Positions 19,632 to 29,515 of a DNA stretch of 64,000 nucleotides are shown piece after piece. Both the position numbers and the translations under genes were made by a program. The notes below the pieces were generated by a model, which did no database searches, was not told the origin of the DNA, and saw only the letters and a program-made list of their open reading frames with translations. This DNA comes from Rhodospirillaceae bacterium (GTDB taxonomy: Bacteria; Pseudomonadota; Alphaproteobacteria; UBA8366), in assembly GCA_002724395.1 (NCBI GenBank), contig PBOR01000031.1, positions 2,196 through 66,195 of the forward strand, given 5' to 3'. Position 1 is the stretch's first letter; the number at the start of each line of letters is the position of its first letter.

Positions 19632-21140
19632 ATGCAAAAACATTCAGTACGCGTTTGGTCATCGGCGGAAGTCCATGATCGTGAAGAAGAATTGGCGTGG
19701 AAGCTCGCGATGCTTGCGGCAGATTCGGTTGATGTAGACGAGAATGTGGCTGCGATGGTGGTGAACAGGATTATCGATAACGCTTCGGTAGCGCTGGCAT
19801 CGATCAACCGGGCCCCCATTGTTACGGCGCGGGCGCAGGCGTTGGCACATGCCAAGCCTGGTGGCGCTACCTTGTTTGGTTTAGGTAATGAAATTCGTGT
19901 TCACGCGGAGTGGGCTGCATGGGCTAATGGCACGGCAGTGCGAGAACTGGATTTCCATGACACGTTTTTGCATATGGAATTTGGTCATCCTGGGGACAAT
20001 ATCTGTCCTTTGATAGCGGTAGCTCAGCAGAAAGGGCGCAGTGGCGCGGATTTGATTCGAGGCGTGGTGACCGCCTACGAAGTACATGTAAGTTTGATGA
20101 AAGCCATTCGATTGCACAGTCATAAAATTGATCATGTGGCGCATACAGGCGTGGGTGCAGCGGCCGGTATTGGCGCTATGCTTGGTCTTAAGCCAGAAGT
20201 TATATATCAGGCAATTAACCAAACTCTTCATGTTTGTTGCGCGACACGGCAATCACGAAAAGGCCAAATTTCGTCTTGGAAATCCGCGGCACCGGCGCAT
20301 TCCTCAAAACTTGCTATCGAAGCAGTCGATAGAGCAATGCGCGGGGAGACAGCGCCATCGCCAATTTACGAAGGCGAGGACAGCGTTATCGCTTGGTTAC
20401 TCGATGGTTTGGATGCGCATTACACTATTGAGTTGCCCGAGGCCGACGAGCCTAAACGCGCAATTCTGCAAACTTGGACCAAGGCCCATTCTGCGGAGTA
20501 TCAGGCACAAGCTTTTATCGACCTTGCTTTTAGGATCCGTGACCGAATAGGCGATCTAAATAAAATTCAAGATATTCTAATTACTACTAACAATCATTGT
20601 CACTACGTTATTGGGTCTGGAGCAAACGATCCACAGAAGTATTCGCCCGATGCGACGCGTGAAACACTTGATCATTCCCTCCCTTATATATTTGCCGTGG
20701 CACTAGAAGATGGAGTTTGGCATCATGTCGATTCCTATTCATCTACGCGTGCGCATCGTCCGAAGACGGTAGAGCTTTGGCAAAAAGTGAAGACGGCAGC
20801 AGATGAGGAATGGGAGCGCCGTTACCTGTCTATCGATCCGGCGGAGAAGGCTTACGGTGGTGTTGTAAAGATAACTTTAGCGGATGGAACGGTTATAGAG
20901 GACGCGATAGAGTGTGCCGATGCACATCCGTTGGGTGCTAAGCCGTTTATTTTCGGGGACTATGTCGAAAAGTTTCGCGGGCTCACCGAGGGTATTGTGG
21001 GGGATGCAGAGCAGAGCCGGTTTATTGAATTAGTCAACCGATTAGCCATAATAGATGCAAAAGCGCTGGAGATGATTAACCCGATTGCGGATGCGGTTGC
21101 GTTGGAAAGCAGCAAAGCAGATTCCAAGGGCATATTCTAA
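19632..21140 (+). CDS. MmgE/PrpD-family protein (2-methylcitrate dehydratase-like)
   Basis: Full-length family resemblance. The ATG at 19632 is preceded by GGAGG at 19621-19625. The 5' part of the track ORF overlaps the SRAP gene and is rejected. Confidence 0.85.
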   Translation: MQKHSVRVWSSAEVHDREEELAWKLAMLAADSVDVDENVAAMVVNRIIDNASVALASINRAPIVTARAQALAHAKPGGATLFGLGNEIRVHAEWAAWANGTAVRELDFHDTFLHMEFGHPGDNICPLIAVAQQKGRSGADLIRGVVTAYEVHVSLMKAIRLHSHKIDHVAHTGVGAAAGIGAMLGLKPEVIYQAINQTLHVCCATRQSRKGQISSWKSAAPAHSSKLAIEAVDRAMRGETAPSPIYEGEDSVIAWLLDGLDAHYTIELPEADEPKRAILQTWTKAHSAEYQAQAFIDLAFRIRDRIGDLNKIQDILITTNNHCHYVIGSGANDPQKYSPDATRETLDHSLPYIFAVALEDGVWHHVDSYSSTRAHRPKTVELWQKVKTAADEEWERRYLSIDPAEKAYGGVVKITLADGTVIEDAIECADAHPLGAKPFIFGDYVEKFRGLTEGIVGDAEQSRFIELVNRLAIIDAKALEMINPIADAVALESSKADSKGIF

Positions 21141-21203
21141 AGCTCTTTTGCAGTCGTGTGGTAGCCGTTAGGCTCCGTTAAATTTTATCCCGAGGGGAAC
21201 TTC

Positions 21204-22214
21204 ATGGAATATCGATTGCTTGGCAAAAGCGGTTTGAAAGTAAGTCAGATCTGTTTGGGAACGATGAATTTTGGTGATAGCACGGACGCGCAAGTGGCAG
21301 CTCATATAGTCGATGGCGCGCGCGATGCGGGCATCAACTTTATTGATACGGCTGATGGGTATGTCAGTGGTAAATCTGAGGAAATTCTTGGAGGGCTAAT
21401 TAAAAGTGACCGAGATGATTGGGTGTTGGCGACAAAGGTTGGTCAGGCGGCTGGTTCTGATAAACGGAAAAAAGGCCTCTCGCGGAAGTGGATGATGGAG
21501 GCAGTCGACGCTAGCCTTGCCCGGCTTCAGACTGATTACGTGGATATTTACTATATGCATCATGTGGATTGGGAAACGCCGCTCGAAGAAAGTGTGGCGG
21601 CCATGGGTGATATTATTACTTCGGGTAGAGCACTTCATTGGGGGTTTTCAAATCACCGCGGCTGGCAAATTGGCGAATTGATGCGTATTTGTGATGCGCT
21701 TGGAGTGCCGCGTCCGGTAATCTGTCAGCCTCATTATAACGCTATGATGCGGTTGGCAGAGACGGATATTCTGCCGGCTTGCGAGTTCTACGATATTGGC
21801 GTTAATCCGTTCTCACCATTAGCGCGCGGTGTTCTAACAGGTAAATATACTTTGGGTGTGGAACCTGATGCAGACAGCCGTGCCGGACGTGGTGATAGTA
21901 GTATTTTGAAACGAGATTTCCGGGAGACGAATTTTAAGTTTGTCGAAGCGGTGAAAAAACAAATCATTGGACGTGACCTTTCCATTATAGATTTTGCGAT
22001 GCTTTGGCTGTTTAACAATAAAATTGTTACCAGTATCATTGCAGGCCCGCGGACGCTCAAGCAGTTAGAGAGTTACCTTGGGTGCATTGGTAAAGAATTC
22101 ACCGCAGAAGACGAATCACTAGTGGATTCACTATGCGCAAGTGGTTGTGCCACCTCGCATAATTTTGTTGATCCGCGGTATCCGCCCACCGGCCGTCAAG
22201 CAACTGTTTGCTGA
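21204..22214 (+). CDS. aldo/keto reductase
   Basis: LGKSGLKVSQICLGTMNFG, INFIDTADGY, DIYYMHHVD, GFSNH. Confidence 0.85.
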   Translation: MEYRLLGKSGLKVSQICLGTMNFGDSTDAQVAAHIVDGARDAGINFIDTADGYVSGKSEEILGGLIKSDRDDWVLATKVGQAAGSDKRKKGLSRKWMMEAVDASLARLQTDYVDIYYMHHVDWETPLEESVAAMGDIITSGRALHWGFSNHRGWQIGELMRICDALGVPRPVICQPHYNAMMRLAETDILPACEFYDIGVNPFSPLARGVLTGKYTLGVEPDADSRAGRGDSSILKRDFRETNFKFVEAVKKQIIGRDLSIIDFAMLWLFNNKIVTSIIAGPRTLKQLESYLGCIGKEFTAEDESLVDSLCASGCATSHNFVDPRYPPTGRQATVC

Positions 22215-22285
22215 CGAGTTCTGCTGAGAGAAGCAGCAGGAATTAATTGTGTGGTCGTTCAAGTGTCAGTAGATCCGGAGCGGCG

Positions 22286-23650
22286 CTATAGCCGTGTAAG
22301 GTCAATTAGTTCTCCAATATGGTTAATTGTATCGAACGCCCAGAGCTTCTCCAGAAGTAGGTCTTGGCGCTTCTCTTCGATGCAAGCTGATGAAAGTTTC
22401 CGAAATTTTGCCTCAACCGTCGCAACATCCGGGCCTCTGAGAATATCGGCTGGTGTTTGCACGTGCTCGGCGTTAATTATTTTGCCGGACTTAGTTGTCG
22501 CTTCCAATCGGCAGGGGCGTGTGGCAGGCGCGACTTTGTCATATTCGTCATCAAATTCGACACTCATACGCGCCATCAAGGCGCGAACATCATCTTCTAA
22601 AAATCGCTCGTTCTCAAAGCTATTTTTATCAAGGTCCCCATCGATCAAGGCAGCCGCTAGGCAGAACGGCAGGGAGTGGTCCGCGGTTTCACGTGTTTGG
22701 GGATCCCAGAACGGTGCTTGATCGATCCAATTCAAGTAACCGTGGCGATAGGTGTGAATGACCAGTTTTTCGATGTCTTTTGCTGTAACTTTTTTGCCAA
22801 GTTCGAGGGCGGTCATAACTGGTACCTGGATGGCATCGCGGATCGGGTAAACTTTCACGTTGGTTTGCTGAAGTGCAAAAGTATAACCTTTAAAGCTTGT
22901 AGGTATCTGAACATCATAGGAATCAGCACCCATAGTCTGCGCATAGAGACCGTCGGTGCCTTCGAACACGTTTTCTGGCCCGGTCATGCCCGCTTCTGCC
23001 AAGAGTGCTGCATACACGCCCTCGCGCGCTGCGTCAGGACCAGCCATCCCTTTCCACATAGAGAGGTTGCCACGACGTGTTTGGTTGAGCGCTACATTGG
23101 CTACGGTTGCGATGGCAACCGCATCGCGCATTTGGGGCGGACTTAAGTCCAACATTTTCGCAGAGGCTAAAGCGATGGCAGGAGCACCGCAAACAGGTTG
23201 GTCCCAGCCATTATTGTTGAAAGTTGCTACCTCGCACATACGGCATTGAGCTTCGTAGCTAATGATAGTTGCTAAGAGGACGTCTTTACCGGTGGCTCCT
23301 ATAGCCTCTGCAATAGCGAGAATGGCTGGAATGTTGTCCGACGGATGTGCCGTGCTCGCCATTAAATAGGCGTCACTCATATCGAGGTAACGTACCATTG
23401 CACTATTGATTAGTGCTGCATGCTCTAACGAGACGGTCTCTAAAGTACCGAACACCCGAGCGTATCGCCCTTCGGTAACTGGACTGGCGATCTTGCGCGC
23501 AGCGGCTACGGTAGGTGCATTCATGGCGCCCAAGGCACAGCCAAAGCTATCGATCATTCGCACTTTGGTGGCGTGGATTGCCCCATCAGACAAGCTAGCA
23601 TAGGTGATTGACGACGCAAAATTTACGAGTTTTTGTTCAGTACTGTCCAT
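22286..23650 (-). CDS. MmgE/PrpD-family protein (second paralogue)
   Basis: Full-length family resemblance (454 aa). The start codon shares 1 nt with the stop of the upstream ThDP gene (TGATG). Confidence 0.85.
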   Translation of the reverse strand: MDSTEQKLVNFASSITYASLSDGAIHATKVRMIDSFGCALGAMNAPTVAAARKIASPVTEGRYARVFGTLETVSLEHAALINSAMVRYLDMSDAYLMASTAHPSDNIPAILAIAEAIGATGKDVLLATIISYEAQCRMCEVATFNNNGWDQPVCGAPAIALASAKMLDLSPPQMRDAVAIATVANVALNQTRRGNLSMWKGMAGPDAAREGVYAALLAEAGMTGPENVFEGTDGLYAQTMGADSYDVQIPTSFKGYTFALQQTNVKVYPIRDAIQVPVMTALELGKKVTAKDIEKLVIHTYRHGYLNWIDQAPFWDPQTRETADHSLPFCLAAALIDGDLDKNSFENERFLEDDVRALMARMSVEFDDEYDKVAPATRPCRLEATTKSGKIINAEHVQTPADILRGPDVATVEAKFRKLSSACIEEKRQDLLLEKLWAFDTINHIGELIDLTRL

Positions 23651-25284
23651 CAGGACTTGTTACCCGCGCTCGATGGCCGCTTAATAAGCGCCCACGTATT
23701 GGGCACCTCACCGATAGGGACTTCGATTAACGCGGGGCCGGGCGTGTCCATGGTTTCCTTAAGGGCTGCTGCCAAAGCGTCCGGGCCATCCGCATAAATG
23801 CCTGTCATTCCATAGGTCTCCGCCATCTTGGCAAACTCCGGATTGTGCAAGTCGACTGCGATGTGTCTGCCGCCATACCCCTCTTTCTGGAATCGCTTCA
23901 CATTACCGTATGCCTTATCGGCAAATACGATACATGTAACATCGATATTGTGGGCTACGGCAGAAGATAATTCCTGAACGTTGAACATGAAGCCGCCGTC
24001 CCCGGCGATACAAACAACTTTCTTTTCTGGAAGAGCTACCTTGGCACCCAGTGCAGTGGGGTATCCATACCCTAATGTGGCTTGGTAGCCTGGGGTTATC
24101 AGGGTGCGTGGTTGATAGACTGGCATCCAATTTTGCATATAGGTTGCCATCTGCGTGACGTCGGTCACCAACACACCATCTTCTGGTAAGGCATCGCGTA
24201 TAACTTTACCAAAGCCAAATTGCGGGTTAAGTCCTTCTAGCTTCGCAATAGTATCCGCTTTAGCCGCATTCATCTCACTTTTTCGGCTTTCGCGTTTCTT
24301 ATTGCGAGGTTCGATCTTTTCTAAGAGGACCGGCATCGCTTTTTTGGCGCTGGTAATAGCTGTAATGTCGGCTTCTCGAGGCAGTTTTGCCTGGGCCGGA
24401 TCTATATCAATGCGAATGAGTTTGACGTCCCCTTCACGCCCCCAGGCTAGTCCTGGTGAGGAAAATCGTGTGCCAATAACAAGGGCGACATCCGCAGTTT
24501 CCCAGAGCCCCTGGCCAGTGATCATGTTCTGGGCCAGGTAATGGCGGTCGGTTAATGCGCCACGGCCGGTGCGGCTCATTATAACCGGTGCTTCTAAAAG
24601 CTCTGCAAGACGCTGCAATTCCGCCTCTGCGCCGAATACGCCAGAGCCGACAAATATCATCGGGTTCTCTGCATCGCCCAGTAGTTTGGCCGCTTCTTCT
24701 AATGCGGTTTCATCAGGCTCTGGTGCTGCATCATAATCTTCCACATCCATTAAGCTGACGTCTTCCGTTTTACCCATAATATCGGGGGCCATTTCAAAAA
24801 TAACCGGAAGCTGACGAGTGCCGAGCATTTGGCTGAAGGCTTCGTGCAAAACCGCGGGAGTATCCGAGGGTTGATCTGCCCTACCGACCCATTTCACAAC
24901 GCCGCGCATGGCGCTGCTTTGGTCAATGATTTCATGAGTTGCCCCAAGACCGAGGCCGATTTGGTTGGATGGAATTTGCCCTGCAATGCAGATCACCGGC
25001 ACGTTTGAGCCGTAGGCGGTGCAGAGTGCTGCACCGGCGTTTAACAGGCCGGGTCCTGGGCCAACAATGCATGCGCCAATCTTACCGCTTGCTTGTGCAT
25101 AACCGAGTGCCATATAGGCAGCACCTTGCTCGTGGCGGGTATGGATTGTGCGAAGTTGGTTCTTTGCCTCATAAAGCGCGTCAAACGTGTTGTCGAGCTG
25201 TACGCCTGGTAGGCCAAAGATTGTGTCGACACCGTGATTAACGAGTGTACGAACGATTGCCTGTCCACCTGTCATTTTAGCCAT
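23650..25284 (-). CDS. thiamine-diphosphate-dependent enzyme (acetolactate synthase large-subunit-like)
   Basis: N-terminal Pyr domain (GVDTIFGLPG, HEQGAAYMA) and C-terminal ThDP motif IAGDGGFMFN. Confidence 0.85.
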   Translation of the reverse strand: MAKMTGGQAIVRTLVNHGVDTIFGLPGVQLDNTFDALYEAKNQLRTIHTRHEQGAAYMALGYAQASGKIGACIVGPGPGLLNAGAALCTAYGSNVPVICIAGQIPSNQIGLGLGATHEIIDQSSAMRGVVKWVGRADQPSDTPAVLHEAFSQMLGTRQLPVIFEMAPDIMGKTEDVSLMDVEDYDAAPEPDETALEEAAKLLGDAENPMIFVGSGVFGAEAELQRLAELLEAPVIMSRTGRGALTDRHYLAQNMITGQGLWETADVALVIGTRFSSPGLAWGREGDVKLIRIDIDPAQAKLPREADITAITSAKKAMPVLLEKIEPRNKKRESRKSEMNAAKADTIAKLEGLNPQFGFGKVIRDALPEDGVLVTDVTQMATYMQNWMPVYQPRTLITPGYQATLGYGYPTALGAKVALPEKKVVCIAGDGGFMFNVQELSSAVAHNIDVTCIVFADKAYGNVKRFQKEGYGGRHIAVDLHNPEFAKMAETYGMTGIYADGPDALAAALKETMDTPGPALIEVPIGEVPNTWALIKRPSSAGNKS

Positions 25285-25364
25285 GAAATTTTCCCCAAAT
25301 ATGGTTGTTGTTCTTTAGAGAAATTTCTAGCATGAACTATCCCGTCGGCAGTAGGGGGGGATCC

Positions 25365-26207
25365 TTACTCTGGCCCGAAAAATGCCAAGGCCCGCATTTC
25401 GCAGCTTTCGCGCGGATGAGCAATGGGGTCCTGGTTTGGTAGTGGGAATGATGTGTGCGCCGTCCAGCGTGCGCGGCCGTCTTTTGCCGATTCATAAACT
25501 TTGAAAACCATTGCCTCGTCGCGATTCATTTCCGAGAAATATAACCATTCATGATCCGGACTGTGGGTCACGACATAGGTTTCGCCCACACGGTCGGGAT
25601 AAATACGCCGCGAGGGGTAAAGTTGATTATCTTTCAACAGCCGCGAATCACAAATGCAAAGAGGGTCGGATTTGATCGGTTTGTTGATCCCCCGCCATAC
25701 CTGAATGATAGCGAAGCGGTGTTTTAGCAATTCATCAGCTTCATCGGGAATGAGATCGCGTACCCGTTGTGGTCCGGACCACTCGGTATAGTCATTGTGG
25801 ACCCGGCGTACCGGTTCACGAACCGGTTTGCCTGCGCGGAAATCATAGTCACTGGAACGTAATGTATGATCAAATACCTCGACGCGAGTAGCGCCTGATG
25901 TGGTTTTGATTAGCTCTTCGGTTTCTTTGTAGTAAACCGAGAGCATTTCGTCGGGATCATAAAAGTCGCGAACTTTTGTTGGATGCTTCACCAATTCGAA
26001 CCCATTTTTTTCAAGTTTAAATTCGTCACTTAAGACCCGCGCATCCCTTATCTGTACCGTTATATGTTCATAGCTGCCTTCGTAAGAGCGACTGTTATCT
26101 ATCTCGTCTCCGGTTTTACTTGCAGCGGGAATGCCGTCGTCGATGTAGTACATCAAAGGGGCTTCCACCATATTAGGGCAATGATATTTCTTGCCGGCGG
26201 CGGTCAT
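25365..26207 (-). CDS. CmcJ/NvfI-like (AsaB-type) non-haem iron oxidoreductase, tentative
   Basis: Recognised by overall pattern (FxLxKNGFELVxHPTKV..FYD.DE....YYxExEELIK..TGA.RVxVFDHTLR). AGGAG lies 7 nt upstream of the ATG. The family assignment is from memory only. Confidence 0.5.
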   Translation of the reverse strand: MTAAGKKYHCPNMVEAPLMYYIDDGIPAASKTGDEIDNSRSYEGSYEHITVQIRDARVLSDEFKLEKNGFELVKHPTKVRDFYDPDEMLSVYYKETEELIKTTSGATRVEVFDHTLRSSDYDFRAGKPVREPVRRVHNDYTEWSGPQRVRDLIPDEADELLKHRFAIIQVWRGINKPIKSDPLCICDSRLLKDNQLYPSRRIYPDRVGETYVVTHSPDHEWLYFSEMNRDEAMVFKVYESAKDGRARWTAHTSFPLPNQDPIAHPRESCEMRALAFFGPE

Positions 26208-26232
26208 ATCGAAACTCCTATGTTTTAGGCGA

Positions 26233-26652
26233 TTACACGCCGGTTAAGGTCACTAACTGGTCAATCTGCTCCTGTTCGTCAAGGTGCCATACTATATCAA
26301 TCAATTCATCCTGGCTTTTTGTGCTCAAGGTATTGGCAGTTATTTTGCGGAACTTTTCTTCTACCAAGTGCTTCGGGATGGGGCGTTCTGAGTACTGGCG
26401 TGTATGACATTTTTCTGCCTTGACCTCACGTCCAGAAGATAATGCAGCTGTAATACGACAATTTCTGTCTTCCGGTGCAACGGCATTGAACTTTTCGTTT
26501 AATTCGATGGTGATTTTATCCATAACTGAAATTATTTCTGCATCTAGAAACCGCTTTTTATCGAATGTTTCGGTTGTTATGTCATCATCAATTAATGCAG
26601 AATTGCATGGCTGCTTTTCAAAGTATGATTGACGGCGAGGAACCTGAAGCAC
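26233..26652 (-). pseudogene. C-terminal remnant (about 125 aa) of a third MmgE/PrpD-family gene
   Basis: Residues from CNSALIDDDITTETFDKKRFLD... to the end align by eye with the last ~125 aa of the PrpD paralogue at 22286-23650 (LAAALIDGDLDKNSFENERFLED...). The N-terminal ~330 aa are absent and there is no room for them. Confidence 0.65.
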
Positions 26653-26654
26653 GT

Positions 26655-26759
26655 GAAGACTTGCAGGTAAGTTTCAAAGAGATTGGCGAATTGATGGACC
26701 TGCTGATTTTAGGCTACTTAGACAAGAAATACGCTGTAGATGGAAAAGCACTGAAATAA
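26655..26759 (+). pseudogene. 3'-terminal remnant (~33 codons) of an isocitrate-lyase/PEP-mutase-family gene
   Basis: The translated tail EDLQVSFKEIGELMDLLILGYLDKKYAVDGKALK* resembles the C-terminus of the adjacent intact gene (PDLCVNFEELNDMLDVKFLDELEEKYAVDVN*). Confidence 0.45.
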
Positions 26760-26770
26760 TGGAGGACAAT

Positions 26771-27676
26771 ATGGCCGATTCAAATAGCAAAGGGCGTAGG
26801 CTCAAAGATTTAATTGAAGCACCGGATATTCTTATATCGCCGGGCTTATTCGATGGGTATAGCGCACGTTTGGTAGAGAGTCGTGGTTTCAAAAGTGGAG
26901 CGATTTCTGGGGCGGGTCTATCGGAATGCCACCTTGGCTATCCGGACCGCGGCCTGATGGGCTTTGAGGAGAATCTTTCCAACTGCCGCGCGATCGCCGA
27001 CTGCTGCGATTTATTACTCCATGCGGATGCGGACACTGGCTACGGTAATGCTGTTAATGTCTATTTCGTGACGCAGGCCTTTGAGAAAGCGGGTATGGCT
27101 GCGGTTATGTTCGAAGATCAGACTTGGCCCAAGCGTTGCGGTCATATGGTTGGAAAATCAGTGATCGAAGCGGAAGAAATGGTTGAGAAAATTCACGCTG
27201 CTTGTGATGCCAAGAAAGATCCAGATTTTATTATTAAGGCGCGTACGGATTCACGTGGTCCGCTGGGCCTGGACGAGGCTATTAAGCGGCTAAATATGTA
27301 TGCTGAAGCAGGCGCGGACTTGTTATTCGCTGACGCACTTTTATCAGAGGAAGATATAAGCACGGTTGCTGCAAATGTTGACAAGCCATTGACGGTTAAT
27401 ATGGGTCTCGGTATTCGCGCGCGCACGACTACGCCGTTGGTGCCGCCTAAGCGGCTCGAGGAAATGGGAGTTGCTGCGGTTTCTTATCCGCGCTTGCTGA
27501 CGACATCTGCGATGCGCGGCATGATCAACGGTATGGATGCATTCGATGAAATGGTGAAAGCTAATGAGCCGATAGATCGCCCTGACCTTTGTGTTAATTT
27601 TGAAGAGTTAAACGATATGCTTGATGTAAAATTTCTTGACGAATTGGAAGAAAAATACGCGGTCGACGTGAATTAA
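26771..27676 (+). CDS. isocitrate lyase/PEP mutase-family enzyme (methylisocitrate/dimethylmalate lyase-like)
   Basis: GLFDGYSARL, HADADTGYG, FEDQTWPKRCGHM (catalytic Cys loop), KARTDS. GGAGG at 26761-26765 favours the ATG at 26771 over 26759. Confidence 0.85.
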   Translation: MADSNSKGRRLKDLIEAPDILISPGLFDGYSARLVESRGFKSGAISGAGLSECHLGYPDRGLMGFEENLSNCRAIADCCDLLLHADADTGYGNAVNVYFVTQAFEKAGMAAVMFEDQTWPKRCGHMVGKSVIEAEEMVEKIHAACDAKKDPDFIIKARTDSRGPLGLDEAIKRLNMYAEAGADLLFADALLSEEDISTVAANVDKPLTVNMGLGIRARTTTPLVPPKRLEEMGVAAVSYPRLLTTSAMRGMINGMDAFDEMVKANEPIDRPDLCVNFEELNDMLDVKFLDELEEKYAVDVN

Positions 27677-27716
27677 GCAGTCCGCGGAATTAAAAAATAC
27701 TGACGGGAGACCGATT

Positions 27717-28970
27717 ATGGGAATGACCATTATCGAGAAAATTCTAAGTCGGGCAGGCAGTGGTGAAAGGCTTAAGCCGGGTGACTTGGCAACAGTGAAA
27801 GTAGATATTGCCTGTTTATTCGACAATAACTTTATGGCTAGCGTGTGGCGTGAAGTATTGCATGTTCATGACCCCTCTAAAGTTGTTGTAGTGATTGATC
27901 ATCGGGCACCCGCAGCTCATGTGGGTAGCGCGCACGCACATAGTACGGCACGTAAATTCGTCGAGCAGTTCGGGATCAAGAAAATGCACGACATAGGCTA
28001 CGATCAGGGTATTTGCCATGTGCTTATGGCAGAGCATGGGTATGCTCGGCCCGGCGGCGTGTTGCTATGCAGCGATTCACATACGTGCAGCGCCGGTGCA
28101 TTGAATTGCGCCGCACGTGGTGTTGGTACTCCAGACATGCTTTATGCCATTACCAAAGGTGAGACCTGGTTCCGAGTTGGTGAAACCATTCGTTACGAGC
28201 TGACTGGCCAATTGCCAGACAATGCGTTCATGAAAGATGTATTCTTCCAAATAGCGGGACAACATGGCGGGCATGTTTCCCAGAATGTAGAGTTTGGTGG
28301 ACCTGCCCTCGAGACCTTAGGGATAGATGCTAGGCGTACAATGGCGACGATGGGCGCTGAATTATCGGCTGAATTCGCTACCTTTGAGCCGGATGCTATT
28401 TTGGTGAAATATGTCAAAGAACGCACAAAAGTGTCTTTCGAACCGCAAATGCCGGATGCTGATGCGAGGTATCTCGACAATCGCGAAATTAATCTAAGTG
28501 AGATCAAGCCGATGGTTGCTCTGCCCGATAGCGTTGTCAACAACTCGGCCAAGGTTAGCGATGTAGCGGGGACCAAGCTTGATCAATGTTTCGTCGGTTC
28601 CTGCGCTAACGGTACGTTCGATGATTTGGCAAGTGTTGCCAAGGTGCTGGCCGGCCGGAAAGTTGCCAAGGGAACCCGCTTTATTATTACGCCAGGTAGT
28701 CAAAGCATTTACCGTAGGGCGGTCAAGGCTGGCATCGTTGAAACTTTACTAGAAGCAGGTGCGGTGGTCACAAATTCTACTTGTGGTGCCTGTGGTGGAG
28801 GACATATGGGCATTGTTGGTGCAAACGAAAATGTCATAACGGCATCGACCCGCAATTTTAAGGGTCGCATGGGTGATCCATCGGCGAAGATTTACATGGG
28901 TTCATCAGCAACGGTAGCTGCATCGGCTGTGGAAGGTGCGATTGCTGACCCTACACCTTATTTAAGTTAG
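27717..28970 (+). CDS. aconitase-family dehydratase large subunit (LeuC/HacA-like)
   Basis: MTIIEKIL start. Fe-S cluster cysteines are in the family context (GSCANG, STCGACGG). 417 aa, the short archaeal-type LeuC length. Confidence 0.85.
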   Translation: MGMTIIEKILSRAGSGERLKPGDLATVKVDIACLFDNNFMASVWREVLHVHDPSKVVVVIDHRAPAAHVGSAHAHSTARKFVEQFGIKKMHDIGYDQGICHVLMAEHGYARPGGVLLCSDSHTCSAGALNCAARGVGTPDMLYAITKGETWFRVGETIRYELTGQLPDNAFMKDVFFQIAGQHGGHVSQNVEFGGPALETLGIDARRTMATMGAELSAEFATFEPDAILVKYVKERTKVSFEPQMPDADARYLDNREINLSEIKPMVALPDSVVNNSAKVSDVAGTKLDQCFVGSCANGTFDDLASVAKVLAGRKVAKGTRFIITPGSQSIYRRAVKAGIVETLLEAGAVVTNSTCGACGGGHMGIVGANENVITASTRNFKGRMGDPSAKIYMGSSATVAASAVEGAIADPTPYLS

Positions 28971-28980
28971 GAGGCGAATT

Positions 28981-29496
28981 ATGGAGTCAAAAATCGTTCG
29001 CGCTCGGGTTTGGAAGTTTCCGGAAAACGTTAACACCGACCAGATTATTCCAAACCGAGCCTATTATTTTACGCCGGAGGAACAGTTAGCTTATATTTTC
29101 GATGCTATGCGGCCGGGCTGGATAGACGAAATGGAGAGGGGTGATGTTATAGTCTCAGAGCCGAATTTTGGTATGGGCTCTTCGCGACCTGCTGCCCGGA
29201 ATCTGGCGCTGCTAGGCATTGGGTGTCTAGTATCAGAGAGTATTAACGGGCTATTCTACCGAAACGCGGTAAATTTCGGACTGCCGGCAATGGAATGTCC
29301 GGGCGTGGCGTCCTTGTTCGAAGAGGGGCAAACAGCCGAAGTCTCTTTTGAAGATTTCTCAGTCAAGAATTTAGATACTGGTGAAAGTTTGCAAGCGCAA
29401 GAAGTCCCGACGTCTCTGCTTAATATTTTGATGGCCGGTGGCCTATATCCTTTGTTGGAAAAGGAACATATGATCGCTCCGGTAGCGGAGTCCTAG
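28981..29496 (+). CDS. aconitase-family dehydratase small subunit (LeuD/HacB-like)
   Basis: VWKFPENVNTDQIIP, NFGMGSSRPAA, and swivel-domain length (171 aa). AGGAGG RBS, 10 nt after the large subunit. Confidence 0.85.
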   Translation: MESKIVRARVWKFPENVNTDQIIPNRAYYFTPEEQLAYIFDAMRPGWIDEMERGDVIVSEPNFGMGSSRPAARNLALLGIGCLVSESINGLFYRNAVNFGLPAMECPGVASLFEEGQTAEVSFEDFSVKNLDTGESLQAQEVPTSLLNILMAGGLYPLLEKEHMIAPVAES

Positions 29497-29515
29497 GTCT
29501 CATTAAGAGACATTA

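Noticed and set aside
18905-21140. Long overlapping versions of the SRAP ORF (to 19855) and the PrpD ORF (from 19548), implying a ~300-nt divergent overlap.
   Set aside because: SRAP proteins begin with the invariant MCGRYS (ATG at 19594). The PrpD-like gene has a GGAGG-preceded ATG at 19632. The extensions show no family similarity. The true start codons are 37 nt apart.
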